A DNA stretch of 64,000 bases from assembly GCA_002269645.1 (NCBI GenBank), contig NIVC01000952.1, positions 214,967 through 278,966 of the forward strand, read 5' to 3'. Both the position numbers and the translations under genes were made by a program. Origin of the DNA: Macrostomum lignano (taxonomy: Eukaryota). Numbering within the stretch: position 1 is the stretch's first letter; the number at the start of each line of letters is the position of its first letter. The notes below the pieces were generated by a model that did no database searches, had not been told where the DNA came from, and saw only the letters and a list, made by a program, of their open reading frames with translations. Positions 17,472 through 31,905 of the stretch are shown here, in pieces.

Positions 17472-20400
17472 TCAGCCGCAGTCAGCTGTCCCGTCTTCGT
17501 TCCTGAGCTGCTTGCCGGAGTCAATTAGGTTCAGGGCCTCCCGAGCGGCGGGGCCGCCTCCGGCATCATTGTTACCTTCTCCGCCTCTCCGGCCGGCGTA
17601 GACGTCGCAGCAGTGCACCAGGAAGTCGATCAGCTCCACGATGAAGATCATCGTTAGGCCGACAAAGATCGACAGCAGGCCGCCGACCTGGCTAAGAAAT
17701 GATGTCAGCGACAGGACCTCCTTTTCCTCTACTTGGTGCAGGTCGAAGTTCGGTCGGATGAGCTGGATGGACAGCAGGTTCCGCTCCAGGATGCTGACAT
17801 TTTGCACCAGCTGGAAAGCGGAGTCCAGTCGGCCCGCGCGCTCCAGCTCGATGGCCTTCGCGTAGATCTGCATCTCCGGCCGCTGCTGCAGGCGGCTGTA
17901 GACGCGGGTCTGCAGCAGGTACAGCTGCCACGCCTTGGTGGGCCAGTCGGAGGTCGACCGCTCGGTCTGGTAGCTGTAGAAGGCGCACGGAATGCTGCAA
18001 CTCTCCACCACGTCCTTGGAGTACTTGGAGATCACGGCCTGCTTGCAGCGGATGTGCTCGTACGCCCTGTCCAGGGCCGCTTCGCAAACTTTGCTGCTGC
18101 TGTTGCCGGCTGTGCAGGCGCCCAGGGGCAGAAATTCTTGGAGACCGGTGCAGTAGGTGATGTTGCTGCCAGCCTCCTCGGGCACCAGCGGGTACTCGAT
18201 GGCCTGTTGCGGTGGTTCAAGTAACTGAGGTGAGCAAACGGGTGATCTTTTATTGACGTTTTTAGTGAGTTGTGATGATCCGTCAGGATTTGGTGAATTT
18301 TCTAAGAAACAAAGGGTCAGCAGGGAGCCGCTGAGGTCACCTGACAGCCGCAGGAGGCTCGGATGTCCATCTGGATGGTCATCTGCCTGCAGGCGTCCTC
18401 GCTGTAGCTGTACTCCCTGCCCTGCAGCCCCAGCGACTGCGGGGTGTCCGCTGTCCGGCGAGCAGCGCCCGTACGGCGGCTGCTTCTGGACGTTCAGCAC
18501 GTGCTTGAGCTTGACCTCGGTGAGCGAGCCGGACTTCAGGTGCACCGCGTTGTTGTTCACATCCGGGTGCGTGTCGCCGGAGTGAATGGTCAGCACCGCG
18601 CCAGACAGCTGCGTGTTGATGTCCTGCGGGCGGGGCGAGCCAGGAATCAAGTCCTCAATGCCTTATTGAATGCACCGGTAGGGGGCAAAATTGAATTTAT
18701 TGCAGACTTGCGCTGCGGACCGCGCTAAGTGCTCGGAATGACTTGCAGCATGAAGGCAAAACAATAAAGACGGAAGCGTACCGGCCAATTTATAATTCAG
18801 ACCGATGAAAGGCAAAAAGATAATGTTTCATATCCCTCATTTGCTATTTGTGTTGGAGATCCCCTATTGTCACCTACGCCACTCTCGATCAGCCTGCAAT
18901 CGATCCGGATAATCAGTCTGCAATCTAATCAGTCTGTAATCTACGCTCGTAATAAGTGTACAATCTAATCAGTGTACAATCTAATCAGTCTGCAATCTAA
19001 TCAGTGTACAATCTAATCAGTCTGCAATCTAATCAGTGTACAATCTAATCAGTCTGCAATCTAATCAGTGTACAATCTAATCAGTCTGCAATCTAATCAG
19101 TGTACAATCTAATCAGTCTGCAATCTAATCAGTGTACAATCTAATCAGTCTGCAATCTAATCAGTCTGCAATCTAATCAGTGTACAATCTAATCAGTCTG
19201 CAATCTAATCAGTGTACAATCTAATCAGTCTGCAATCTAATCAGTGTACAATCTAATCAGTCTGCAATCTAATCAGTGTACAATCTAATCAGTCTGCAAT
19301 CTAATCAGTGTACAATCTAATCAGTCTGCAATCTAATCAGTGTACAATCTAATCTGTCTGCAATCTAATCTGTCTGCAATCTAATCAGTCTGCAATCTAA
19401 TCAGTCTGCAATATAATCAGTGTACAATCTAATCAGCCTGCAAGATAGTCTGCAATCTAATCAGTCTACAATCTAATCAGTCTGCAATCTAATCAGTCTG
19501 CAATCTAATCAGTCTGCAATCTAATCAGTCTGCAATCTAATCAGTGTACAATCTAATCAGCCTGCAAGATAGTCTGCAATCTAATCAGTCTGCAATCTAA
19601 TCAGTGTACAATCTAATCAGCCTGTAATCTAATCTGTCTGCAATCTAATCAGTCTGCAATCTAATCAGTGTACAATCTAATCAGTCTGCAATCTAATCTG
19701 TCTGCAATCTAATCAGTCTGCAATATAATCAGTCTGCAATCTAATCTGTCTGCAATCTAATCAGTCTGCAATCTAATCAGTCTGCAATCTAATCAGTCTG
19801 CAATCTAATCTGTCTGCAATCTAATCAGTCTGCAATCTAATCAGTCTGCAATATAATCAGTCTGCAATCTAATCTGTCTGCAATCTAATCAGTCTGCAAT
19901 CTAATCAGTCTGCAATCTAATCAGTCTGCAATCTAATCAGCCTGCAATCTAATCTGTCTGCAATCTAATCAGTCTGCTATCTAATCAGTCTGCAACCTAA
20001 CTAGTCTATGCTCGTAGTCAAACATAAATCTTCAAGCCTGCAGCTCACCTGCAGGTAGCAGTCGGTGCAATAGAAATGCTCCGGGCTCCACTCGTTGTCC
20101 AGGTACACGGCCATCTCAACCAGAGACGCGTTCTGCCGCAGCTTCTCGTCGATGTCCAGCGTGAAACAGTTCAAGAAGCTGCCGTGAACGAATGCGTGGA
20201 AGCGGCCGGCCCAGAGGTCCAGCGGGCTGGGCGCGAACTCGCGGGCAGTAGTACTGGTTGCGGGCGCTGCCGTTGCGCAGCAGCACCTTGCATTCCACGA
20301 TGAAGTCAACGAGCTCGTGGCCCAGCTGGCTGTCCTGGCCGCTCGGCAGGCTCTCCAGGAAGGCCGGCAGGCCGAAGGAGCCGGTGAAGTAGTGGTACTT

Positions 20401-20814
20401 GTGCCGCGTCTCCGGCTTGTCGAAGTACTGCCTCCTGGCCGCGACCTCCAGCGCCATCGAGAACTGTCGTGGATTCTTCCAGCCGTGCTGCCGGATCAGC
20501 GACTTCCCGCGCGAGGACAGCGGCCGCATGTTGCAGATGGTCAGCGAGGGGAACGGCGAGCTGGCGTCCTTCAGCACGCGCGGCGGGTGCATGACGTCAT
20601 ACTCGAGGAACTGGCCGACGAGGAAGCTCAGGCAGACGAGGCAGCTGGCGAACAGCATCAGCACGAAGAAGGTCCACAAGAGGCGCAGCCGGGTGGACTC
20701 GGACTTGACGATCCGCGGGATGCCCCGGATGGTGGTGTTCTCGCAGAAGCGGACAAACTGGCGGCGCAGCTCGGAGCCGCGGCCTCTGGGCGGCGGCGGC
20801 TGTGGCGGCGGCAT
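17472..20814 (-). CDS. DEG/ENaC/ASIC-family ion channel (about 3 exons; two apparent frameshifts near 20250 and 18450)
   Basis: FCENTTIRGIPRI, TM1 LWTFFVLMLF..., FPSLTICN, NCFT, PYGRC, Cys-rich thumb, and TM2 FLSQVGGLLSIFVGLTMIFIVE. Confidence 0.9.
18905..20000. repeat. 16-bp minisatellite (CAATCTAATCAGTCTG / ...GTGTA) filling the DEG/ENaC intron
   Basis: Direct reading. Confidence 0.97.
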
Positions 20815-21039
20815 GGCGGGGGCAGCTGCTGGCTCGGCGAGGCGCTCCGCAGGGCTGCCTGCATTTTGAAGGCTCGGCTGGCCGGCTTGTGCGAGAGGCG
20901 AAGCGGCCGGATTGGTTGAGCGGTGCTGGCGGTCGGGGATCAGAGGGCAGGGCGGGCAGTTTTGGGAGGGAAATGGGATGCGAGGAGGAGGGGACAAGGA
21001 GACCTGTGGCCAGAGTCTATCATATCGTCGGTTATGAGG

Positions 21040-21370
21040 AGGGCCGTAGCCCGGAGGTCTAGCTTGGCACTGATGTGCCAGCGGCCCAGGTTCGATTCCA
21101 AGTGCAGTCACATTCCATTGGGGCTGAATTGGAATCTCGGCTTGGCTCTGCTTGTGCAATTAACGGCCTTGACGGCCAACCCCAGTGTGCATGCCTAACG
21201 ATAGATAAAGTGTGAGTGTGTACCTGTGCGTATGACTGCGTACGCATCCGCGCGCTTGTGTGCCTGCTCAGGGGAGTCGGCGAACTGGGCAGCAATGCCT
21301 CTCGCCGGTTGTGTGACAAAGTCGCTTAAAGTGCGCCAGGATGCAGAAAGCCCCCTGTCTCTAATCTACG
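21040..21370 (+). mobile_element. tRNA-derived SINE, copy 1
   Basis: A-box-like TAGCCCGGAGG and B box GGTTCGATTCC; body shared with the copies at ~33970 and ~62070. Confidence 0.75.
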
Positions 21371-22539
21371 CTCGTAAAACGTTGGTTAAGAGCTATTGCT
21401 GACAGATCCAGTTTTATTTTACCTTTTAAGCTGGATTTGTTACAGAGACACTTTGCTTGGCTCAAAATGTAAGCTTCTGTTTTTTAAACCAGCCAAACAA
21501 TAAAACTCCTTTCTGCTGCAAAATATACTTTTATGCCCAGCTAATAATAAGAATAAAATTAATTCTTAATTACACCTGTCCTAACGGGCAGATGTGCAAC
21601 GGCTGCTCAGTCCAAAGGACTGGGGGGGGGTCGCCACACACATTCAATTATCCCAGCTAATGCTGGCAAACACCCTCTCCAGCTCCTTACGGCCTCCACC
21701 TTATTTCTAAGAAACTGATCGTGGCGTCCTGTCGCTTCAGCTGTCCATGCCGCAAAACACGAGCAGACAAGTAATTAAAGCAGAGAATATTGAGAACCGT
21801 CTTTGATGACATAAAACACGAGAGCCAACCCGATGAAGCGTGGCCATAAATGCGATTCAATAGACAATAGAGGACAGATCTCAAACCCTGTCTCCCTGAG
21901 CACTGCCCGCCCTCCGCAGCTGAAGTGTCGCAGATACTTCATGATTGGCATTGAAATTCAAGCCAGAGTTTGCGCCAGCCAGTTCAGCTTGTACTCGTGC
22001 AAATCTCCTTTAATTTGCTGATGCAGGGCCTGTTTGATTGCACAGCTTCCCCAGCTCTGATGGAGCCCACGGTTCGTTCGTCCTCAACTTTCAATTAGCT
22101 TTTGGATTTGACCTGGGCGCCCGAAATGCAGTTTGGCGGAGGCTGGCGACCGGCGAAATCCCCCCGGTGCTGAGCTGGGGGAGTCTGGGAATCCCGGCTG
22201 GGACAAATCTAATTTCCACACTGGCTTTCTCAGCCGCCGCTCCGCAGCACTTCTTCTTCCGCGCTCCGCGAATCGTTTTGCCTGCTTCCGCTGTCTGCGT
22301 CCCTACCGGATTCGCCCTGATCGAGTTCTGCTTTGCTCGGCTCTCACCTGCCCGCCGTCCCCGCTCTTCATGCTCTTTGAATTTTTTAGTTCACTTCATG
22401 GCTTGGCCTCAACGCTGTGCCGCCGTGGCCTGCGCTGAGTCATCGCATTTAATTAACGGCTACAACTCACTCTGACTGGCGACTCCAGCAGCTCACACAC
22501 GGCGCCTCCTTACCTGACCTTTATCTCTGCTCTCGATTC

Positions 22540-23165
22540 TTCAGCCCAGTGTCTCTCCCTGTATTCTGCATTCCTACCCCCTTCTATTCCCTCTCCACCC
22601 CACGTCCATCTCTCATCTCTAATCTCTTATCTGTCATCTGTCATCTTTTATCTCTCACTTCCCATCTCTCATTTATTATCACTCTTCTATCGTCCCTCAC
22701 TTCTTGTCTCTCCCCTTCCATCTCTCATCTCTCATCTATATAACTAAATCTCTCACCTCATCTCTTATCTCTTATCTCTCTTATCTCTTATCTCTCTTAT
22801 CTCTTATCTCTCATCTCTTATCTCTTATCTCTCATCTCTTATCTCTTATCTCTTATCTCTTATCTCTCATCTCTTATCTCTTATCTCTTATCTCTTATCT
22901 GTCGACTGTCATCTTTTATCTCTCCCCTCTCATCTCTCATCTCTCATCTCTCATCTCTCATCTATAATCCCTCACTTCTTATCTCTCCCCTTCCATCTCT
23001 CCTCTCTCATCTCTTTATACCATCTCTAATTTCTCGTCTCTAATCTTTTATTTTTCACCTCTCATCTCTCATCTCTCTCATCTCCTTTCATCCCTCGTGT
23101 CTCTCTTATTTCTCCTTTCTCTCTTTTCTCTTTTCTCTTATTTCTCCTATCCTTCTCGTCACTCC
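22540..23165. repeat. TC-rich low-complexity tract (TCTTATC/TCTCATC)
   Basis: Direct reading. Confidence 0.9.
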
Positions 23166-23364
23166 TTAATCCGTATCAGCTGTACCAAACAGCTGGAATT
23201 TCTTAAGGCAAATTTCGCAATCTCTTCGCAATATTCTTAATTAGCGATCATCCTCTCCAGTCCACTCTTAGCAGCTGTCCGTCTCTTTTTGCACCACTTT
23301 GAGTCTCAATCAGGTTTCACCTTGTTTATTTAATAGGAAAAAAATTCACATCCGCACAGGTGAT

Positions 23365-23765
23365 GCCAGTTCACCAGTTCACCAGTTCACCAGTTCACCA
23401 GTTCACCAGTTCACCAGTTCACCAGTTCACCAGTTAGGCAGTTCTCCAATTCACCAGTTCACCAGTTCACCAGTTCACCAGTTCACCAGTTCACCAGTTA
23501 GGCAGTTCTCCAGTTCACCAGTTCACCAGTTCACCAGTTTACCAGTTCACCAGTTTACCAGTTCACCAGTTCACCAGTTCACCAGTTCACGATTTCACTA
23601 GTTCACCGGTTCTTCATTTCACCAGTTCACCAGTTAGGCAGTTCTCCAGTTCACCAGTTAGGCAGTTCTCCAGTTCACCAGTTCACCAGTTCACGATTTC
23701 ACTTGTTCACCGGTTCTTCATTTCACCAGTTCACCAGTTAGGCAGTTCACCAGTTCACCAGTTCA
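23365..23765. repeat. 8-bp tandem repeat (CCAGTTCA)n with variants
   Basis: Direct reading. Confidence 0.95.
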
Positions 23766-24157
23766 CCTGGTCTGTACCGGGGCCCAGTTGCCAAGCTATC
23801 AGATTTCCTAACGGCCGTTTAAGCCGCCCTCTGCCCCACGATTTTCTCTCGCTCGGACACCCGCAATCGATAGCTGCCCGGCCCGCTGGACACATTCCGC
23901 TGTCGCGACTCGGCCACCGGGTCGAACACTGCGCCCTGCACCCGGAAATTGAAATCGCTGGTTTGCCCTCCTCCAATTTCCCAGCTGCCAGCCGGATAGA
24001 ACTCTCCCACTCGCCTCTGCAACACTGAGTGGCGCAGAAGTCTTCTGCAGCTGAGAGCTTCATGCCACCTCATACCAGCGATTTTCCATTGGCTTGGGAA
24101 ATTGGGGGCGGTTTGGGGATCAACTTTCTGCTTAATCAAAAAGCTTTTAGTCTGCAG

Positions 24158-24724
<567 letters not shown>

Positions 24725-25291
24725 GTGTAATTTTTCCTTGCCCTCTACTTGCAGTAGCAGATTAAACAAGTAAGATGTGTTTCTCTAAGTATTCGTAGGC
24801 TGCAAATCTGAAAAGCTGACAAACAAATATTTCAGGGGTTGCGCAGATTCTGCGGCTCAGTGAGGCGCGATGGATGGCCTTTGCAAAGCTGCGGCTCCAT
24901 CCGGGCAGCTGACTCGTATAATCCACAAAATTTTTCAACGGCTAGCGAGGATTTGTGGAAGCTTGACAACCGGTGCGCACTTGAAATTCCTATCGAAGCG
25001 GTGGTCCCAAACTGCTCGCCCGGACTTAAAGGGGCCAAAACAATGAAGGCCTTCTTATCAACTGCTGGCTCCAGTGCACCGAAGGGGATGTTGTCACAAG
25101 CGCGGACTTTCCACAGGGTCCGGTGGAAATGAGAGCCAGATTGGCTCCAGTATGACAGTCAGAGTCAGCACTCGATTGCACACAACACTTGAGAATTGTT
25201 CACCAGCCATCAAATGAACCTTTCAGTGCAAAGTGGCAAAAAAATAAGTACGAGCCGTGCCAGCGTCAAAGAAGACGCCAAGAGCAGATGG

Positions 25292-26823
<1,532 letters not shown>

Positions 26824-26953
26824 GGCTCTAAGACTGCCTCCTTCCAGCCAATGGCAGCGCGAGCAGCCCATAAAAACAGCCAGACAAAAGCGGCCGCACA
26901 GAAGTCAAGAGTGGGCGGCTACTCCGAGCCAACAGCGAGGACCCAAAGCAGCG

Positions 26954-29584
26954 ATGCCGTCCGTGAACTGTCAGCAGTGGATTTCAATATTTGCCATTGC
27001 CCTCGCAGCAGCAGCTGCGGCGACGGAAATCACTGAGGCGCCAATCAGCTGCAGCGGATCCGGTAGCGCGGAGCAGCGGGCTGCCCAGCTGGTGTCCGGG
27101 CTGCTGTCCGCCTACGGTGACTCCGGCCGCTTTGTCCAACCGGACATCGGTGGGCCAAGCGGCAGCTTCCGGGTGAACATGAGCTTCCAGATTTTGCACT
27201 TCTACGGCCTCGACGAGAGCGAGATCCTTGAGATCGGCGTCTGGGCCGCCTTCCTGTGGCGCGACAGTCGGCTGGCCTGGCGCTGCCCCGGGCTGGCGGT
27301 GCTGAAGCTGCCCGCCGACAGGATCTGGCGGCCCGATGTCGGCCTCAGCAACACCAAGAAGGACAACCAGTTCGACTTTCGGCTGATGAGCGCGCTGGAG
27401 GCGCTGGTGTACCCGGACGGTTCAGTGTACACCTACTACCACCTGGTGACCAGCGTGGCCTGCCCTGTGGACGTGACCTTCTTCCCTTTTGACTCGCAGC
27501 TGTGCCGCTTCCAGTTCGGGCCGTGGACCAGCTACCGCGGCGGATACCAGATCCACCTGCCGCCGGCCAAGGTGCGCATGGCCAACATCTCCAAGTTCGT
27601 CAGCGAGTGGGACTTGGCGGGCTTCGATATCCAGGCCAGGTGAGCAACTTCTTTCAAGAGTAAAAGTTTTCTCCCGAGAAAGCATGCGACACTTCCAGTT
27701 CTCACAAGGTGCATGCTATGAGCTGGAACTTGCACCAAGGCCGCGCCACCACATCCCTCCCGGATGAAGTTCAAAGCTCGGAGCGCAAAACACTTGCGGA
27801 ACATTGTGGGAAAGATACGGAAATGTCAGTAGCGAAAATATTTAGCAAAATTAGAAAATCGAGAGAAAAGTCAGCAACCGAATGTAAAAAACAAAAGCGA
27901 AAAAATGATGTGCATGTGCAAAAGAGCAGCCTTTGGCTGATGAAAAACAGTTTCATCAGCTTTTCAGCTCTTCATTTCCTCAGCTACCGTCCCACGAGGA
28001 GCTCGCAGGGAGCAGCACCGTATTTGCCACAGCCATGGACAGACACACCGATGCGGCCTTCAGTGGCCACCATCTCGCCCGGATAAGGACAGACACACCG
28101 ATGCGGCCTTCAGTGGCCACCATCTCGCCCGGATAAGGACAGACACACTGATGCGGCCTTCAGTGGCCACCATCTCGCCCGGATAAGGACAGACACACTG
28201 ATGCGGCCTTCAGTGGCCACCATCTCGCCCGGATAAGGACAGACACACTGATGCGGCCTTCAGTGGCCACCATCTCGCCCGGATAAGGACAGACACACTG
28301 ATGCGGCCTTCAGTAGCCACCATCTCGCCCGGATAAGGACAGACACACTGATGCGGCCTTCAGTAGCCACCATCTCGCCCGGATAAGGACAGACACACTG
28401 ATGCGGCCTTCAGTGGCCACCATCTCGCCCGGATAAGGACAGACACACTGATGCGGCCTTCAGTGGCCACCATCTCGCCCGGATAAGGACAGACACACTG
28501 ATGCGGCCTTCAGTGGCCACCATCTCGCCCGGATAAGGACAGACACACTGATGCGGCCTTCAGTGGCCACCATCTCGCCCGGATAAGGACAGACACACTG
28601 ATGCGGCCTTCAGTGGCCACCATCTCGCCCGGATAAGGACAGACACACTGATGCGGCCTTCAGTGGCCACCATCTCGCCCGGATAAGGACAGACACACTG
28701 ATGCGGCCTTCAGTGGCCACCATCTCGCCCGGATAAGGACAGACACACTGATGCGGCCTTCAGTGGCCACCATCTCACCCGGATAAGGACAGACACACTG
28801 ATGCGGCCTTCAGTGGCCATTATAGCTGGTTATAGCGCGCACAGACGCCAGGCTTAGAGCCGCGCACAGACCGGTAGGTTCTCGATGAGATCAGAGACAC
28901 CGAAGTTCCGGTGTCAGCTTCAAAGCCCCGGTGAGTACAAAGTACGCTCGTGTATGCTCGAACTGGCACGATACCACAAAGGAAGACGTCTATTCAATGC
29001 AAAGTTTTATAACTGAAGATAATTCACACATCTGACGTCAATCTAGAGTATTTTCAATGTTGGAGTGACAACTTCAAAGCTGGAGTGACACCGAGCCGCA
29101 AAACCCCCAAACCAACAGGCAGTACTTCGACGACAACGTGCAGCAGATCTGGGACTATTTCGAGGTGCAGGTGAAGCTGCACAGGAGGCCTTACTACTAC
29201 CTGTTCGTCATCGTGCTACCGTTCTTCATGCTGTCCATCACGGCCTGCCTGGTGTTCCTGGCTGACGAGCCCGGAGACCGAGTGAACATGTCCATCGCCA
29301 TCCTGCTCACCATGACGCTGTACATCATGATCAGCAGCTCGAGTTCGCCCAAGTCCATGCAGACAATTCCGCTGCTGGGCATCTACATCATGGTGCAGAT
29401 GGCGGTGCTCATCCTGCTCACCTTCTGCGCCATCTGGAGCCAGCTGCGCCCAGGCAGCGGCAGCCAGGCGGCTGCATCGCGCCGGCAGCGGGACGCGTTC
29501 TTGATGTACCTGTACATCGGCCTGACCCTGGCCAACGTGTGCGCTTGCATGCTGGTCACCCCCCTCACCAAGAGGATGATGTGA
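26954..29584 (+). CDS. Cys-loop ligand-gated ion channel subunit (nAChR-like, non-alpha), join(26954..27639,29119..29584)
   Basis: Signal peptide, IWRPDV, Cys loop CPVDVTFFPFDSQLC, EW, RRPYYY and four TM segments. The phase-2 GT/AG junction joins in frame. Confidence 0.92.
28038..28818. repeat. 50-bp minisatellite, ~15 copies, in Cys-loop gene intron
   Basis: Unit GGACAGACACACTGATGCGGCCTTCAGTGGCCACCATCTCGCCCGGATAA. Confidence 0.97.
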
Positions 29585-29639
29585 CCCCGGGGGGTCCGAC
29601 TGGGGGCTCGGAGCTTCAGCTAAAGATTAGAGGGTGGTG

Positions 29640-30740
29640 GGAGCGGGGAGGCCTGAAGATTGGAGGATTGCGGGAGCGGGGAGGCCTGAAGATTGGAGGA
29701 TTGCGGGAGCGGGGAGGCCTGAAGATTGGAGGATTGCGGGAGCGGGGAGGCCTGAAGATTGGAGGATTGCGGGAGCGGGGAGGCCTGAAGATTGGAGGAT
29801 TGCGGGAGCGGAGAGGCCTGAAGATTGGAGGATTGCGGGAGCGGAGAGGCCTGAAGATTGGAGGATTGCGGGAGCGGGGAGGCCTGAAGATTGGAGGATT
29901 GCGGGAGCGGAGAGGCCTGAAGATTGGAGGATTGCGGGAGCGGGGAGGCCTGAAGATTGGAGGATTGCGGGAGCGGGGAGGCCTGAAGAGTGGAGGATTG
30001 CGGGAGCGGGGAGGCCTGAAGATTGGAGGATTGCGGGAGCGGAGAGGCCTGAAGATTGGAGGATTGCGGGAGCGGAGAGGCCTGAAGATTGGAGGATTGC
30101 GGGAGCGGGGAGGCCTGAAGATTGGAGGATTGCGGGAGCGGAGAGGCCTGAAGATTGGAGGATTGCGGGAGCGGGGAGGCCTGAAGATTGGAGGATTGCG
30201 GGAGCGGGGAGGCCTGAAGATTGGAGGATTGCGGGAGCGGGGAGGCCTGAAGATTGGAGGATTGCGGGAGCGGAGAGGCCTGAAGATTGGAGGATTGCGG
30301 GAGCGGGGAGGCCTGAAGATTGGAGGATTGCGGGAGCGGAGAGGCCTGAAGATTGGAGGATTGCGGGAGCGGGGAGGCCTGAAGATTGGAGGATTGCGGG
30401 AGCGGAGAGGCCTGAAGATTGGAGGATTGCGGGAGCGGGGAGGCCTGAAGATTGGAGGATTGCGGGAGCGGGGAGGCCTGAAGATTGGAGGATTGCGGGA
30501 GCGGGGAGGCCTGAAGATTGGAGGATTGCGGGAGCGGGGAGGCCTGAAGATTGGAGGATTGCGGGAGCGGAGAGGCCTGAAGATTGGAGGATTGCGGGAG
30601 CGGGGAGGCCTGAAGATTGGAGGATTGCGGGAGCGGGGAGGCCTGAAGATTGGAGGATTGCGGGAGCGGGGAGGCCTGAAGATTGGAGGATTGCGGGAGC
30701 GGGGAGGCCTGAAGATTGGAGGATTGCGGGAGCGGGGAGG
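29640..30740. repeat. 33-bp G-rich minisatellite, ~33 copies, just downstream of the Cys-loop stop codon
   Basis: Unit GAGCGG(G/A)GAGGCCTGAAGATTGGAGGATTGCGG. Confidence 0.97.
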
Positions 30741-31139
30741 CGGGAGCAGCGAGTGGGATTGGAGCCGTCAGCTAAAGATTTGTTTCATATGTAAGTGCCA
30801 TGGGTTCAGACGCTGAAGAATCGCTACCAGAGAAAATTTTCACAGCAAGAATTCATCAGGTGGTGCAAAAAGGATTTTAATCAGTACTCGTAGGAAATTA
30901 AAGTGCATTGGTTTATTTCAGTTTCCGACTTTGAAAAACGTGAACTTTAATGAGATTTGAGTCAAATTTGAGTCAAAATGTTTTTTGAGCATGCAAAATA
31001 GAAGTGCTCTTTAACCTTCAAATCGTGGGCATGACGATTTAATGAAAAATGCTGTCTTGACGGCTGAGTTCACTTTGGAAGCAGAAAATGGCCAGTGAGT
31101 AAAAAACTTGCTGTTAACACAATTGAGCCAGCAGAGGAA

Positions 31140-31905
31140 GGGGGTCACTTGCACAGGTGGACCAGCACAGGGGGGTCACTTGCACAGGTGGACCAGCTCA
31201 GGGGTCACTTGCACAGGTGGACCAGCACAGGGGGTCACTTGCACAGGTGGACCAGCACAGGGGGTCACTTGCACAGGTGGACCAGCTCAGGGGGTCACTT
31301 GCACAGGTGGACCAGCACAGGGGGTCACTTGCACAGGTGGACCAGCACAGGGGGTCACTTGCACAGGTGGACCAGCTCAGGGGGTCACTTGCACAGGTGG
31401 ACCAGCTCAGGGGTCACTTGCACAGGTGGACCAGCTCAGGGGTCACTTGCACAGGTGGACCAGCACAGGGGTTATTTGCACAGGTGAACCAGCTCAGGGG
31501 GTCACTTGCACAGGTGGACCAGCTCAGGGGGTCACTTGCACAGGTGGACCAGCACAGGGGGTCACTTGCACAGGTGGACCAGCACAGGGGGTCACTTGCA
31601 CAGGTGGACCAGCTCAGGGGGTCACTTGCACAGGTGGACCAGCTCAGGGGTCACTTGCACAGGTGGACCAGCTCAGGGGTCACTTGCACAGGTGGACCAG
31701 CTCAGGGGTCACTTGCACAGGTGGACCAGCTCAGGGGTCACTTGCACAGGTGGACCAGCTCAGGGGTCACTTGCACAGGTGAACCAGCTCAGGGGGTCAC
31801 TTGCACAGGTGGACCAGCACAGGGGGTCACTTGCACAGGTGGACCAGCACAGGGGGTCACTTGCACAGGTGGACCAGCTCAGGGGTCACTTGCACAGGTG
31901 GATCA
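31140..31905. repeat. 29-30-bp minisatellite, ~26 copies, derived from the last codons and stop of Wnt5
   Basis: Unit GGGG(G)TCACTTGCACAGGTGGACCAGC(A/T)CA; its reverse complement contains CCACCTGTGCAAGTGA (H-L-C-K-stop). Confidence 0.95.

Noticed and set aside
28038-30740. CRISPR-like appearance of the 50-bp and 33-bp arrays
   Set aside because: Head-to-tail repeats with no unique spacers, no cas genes, eukaryotic context.
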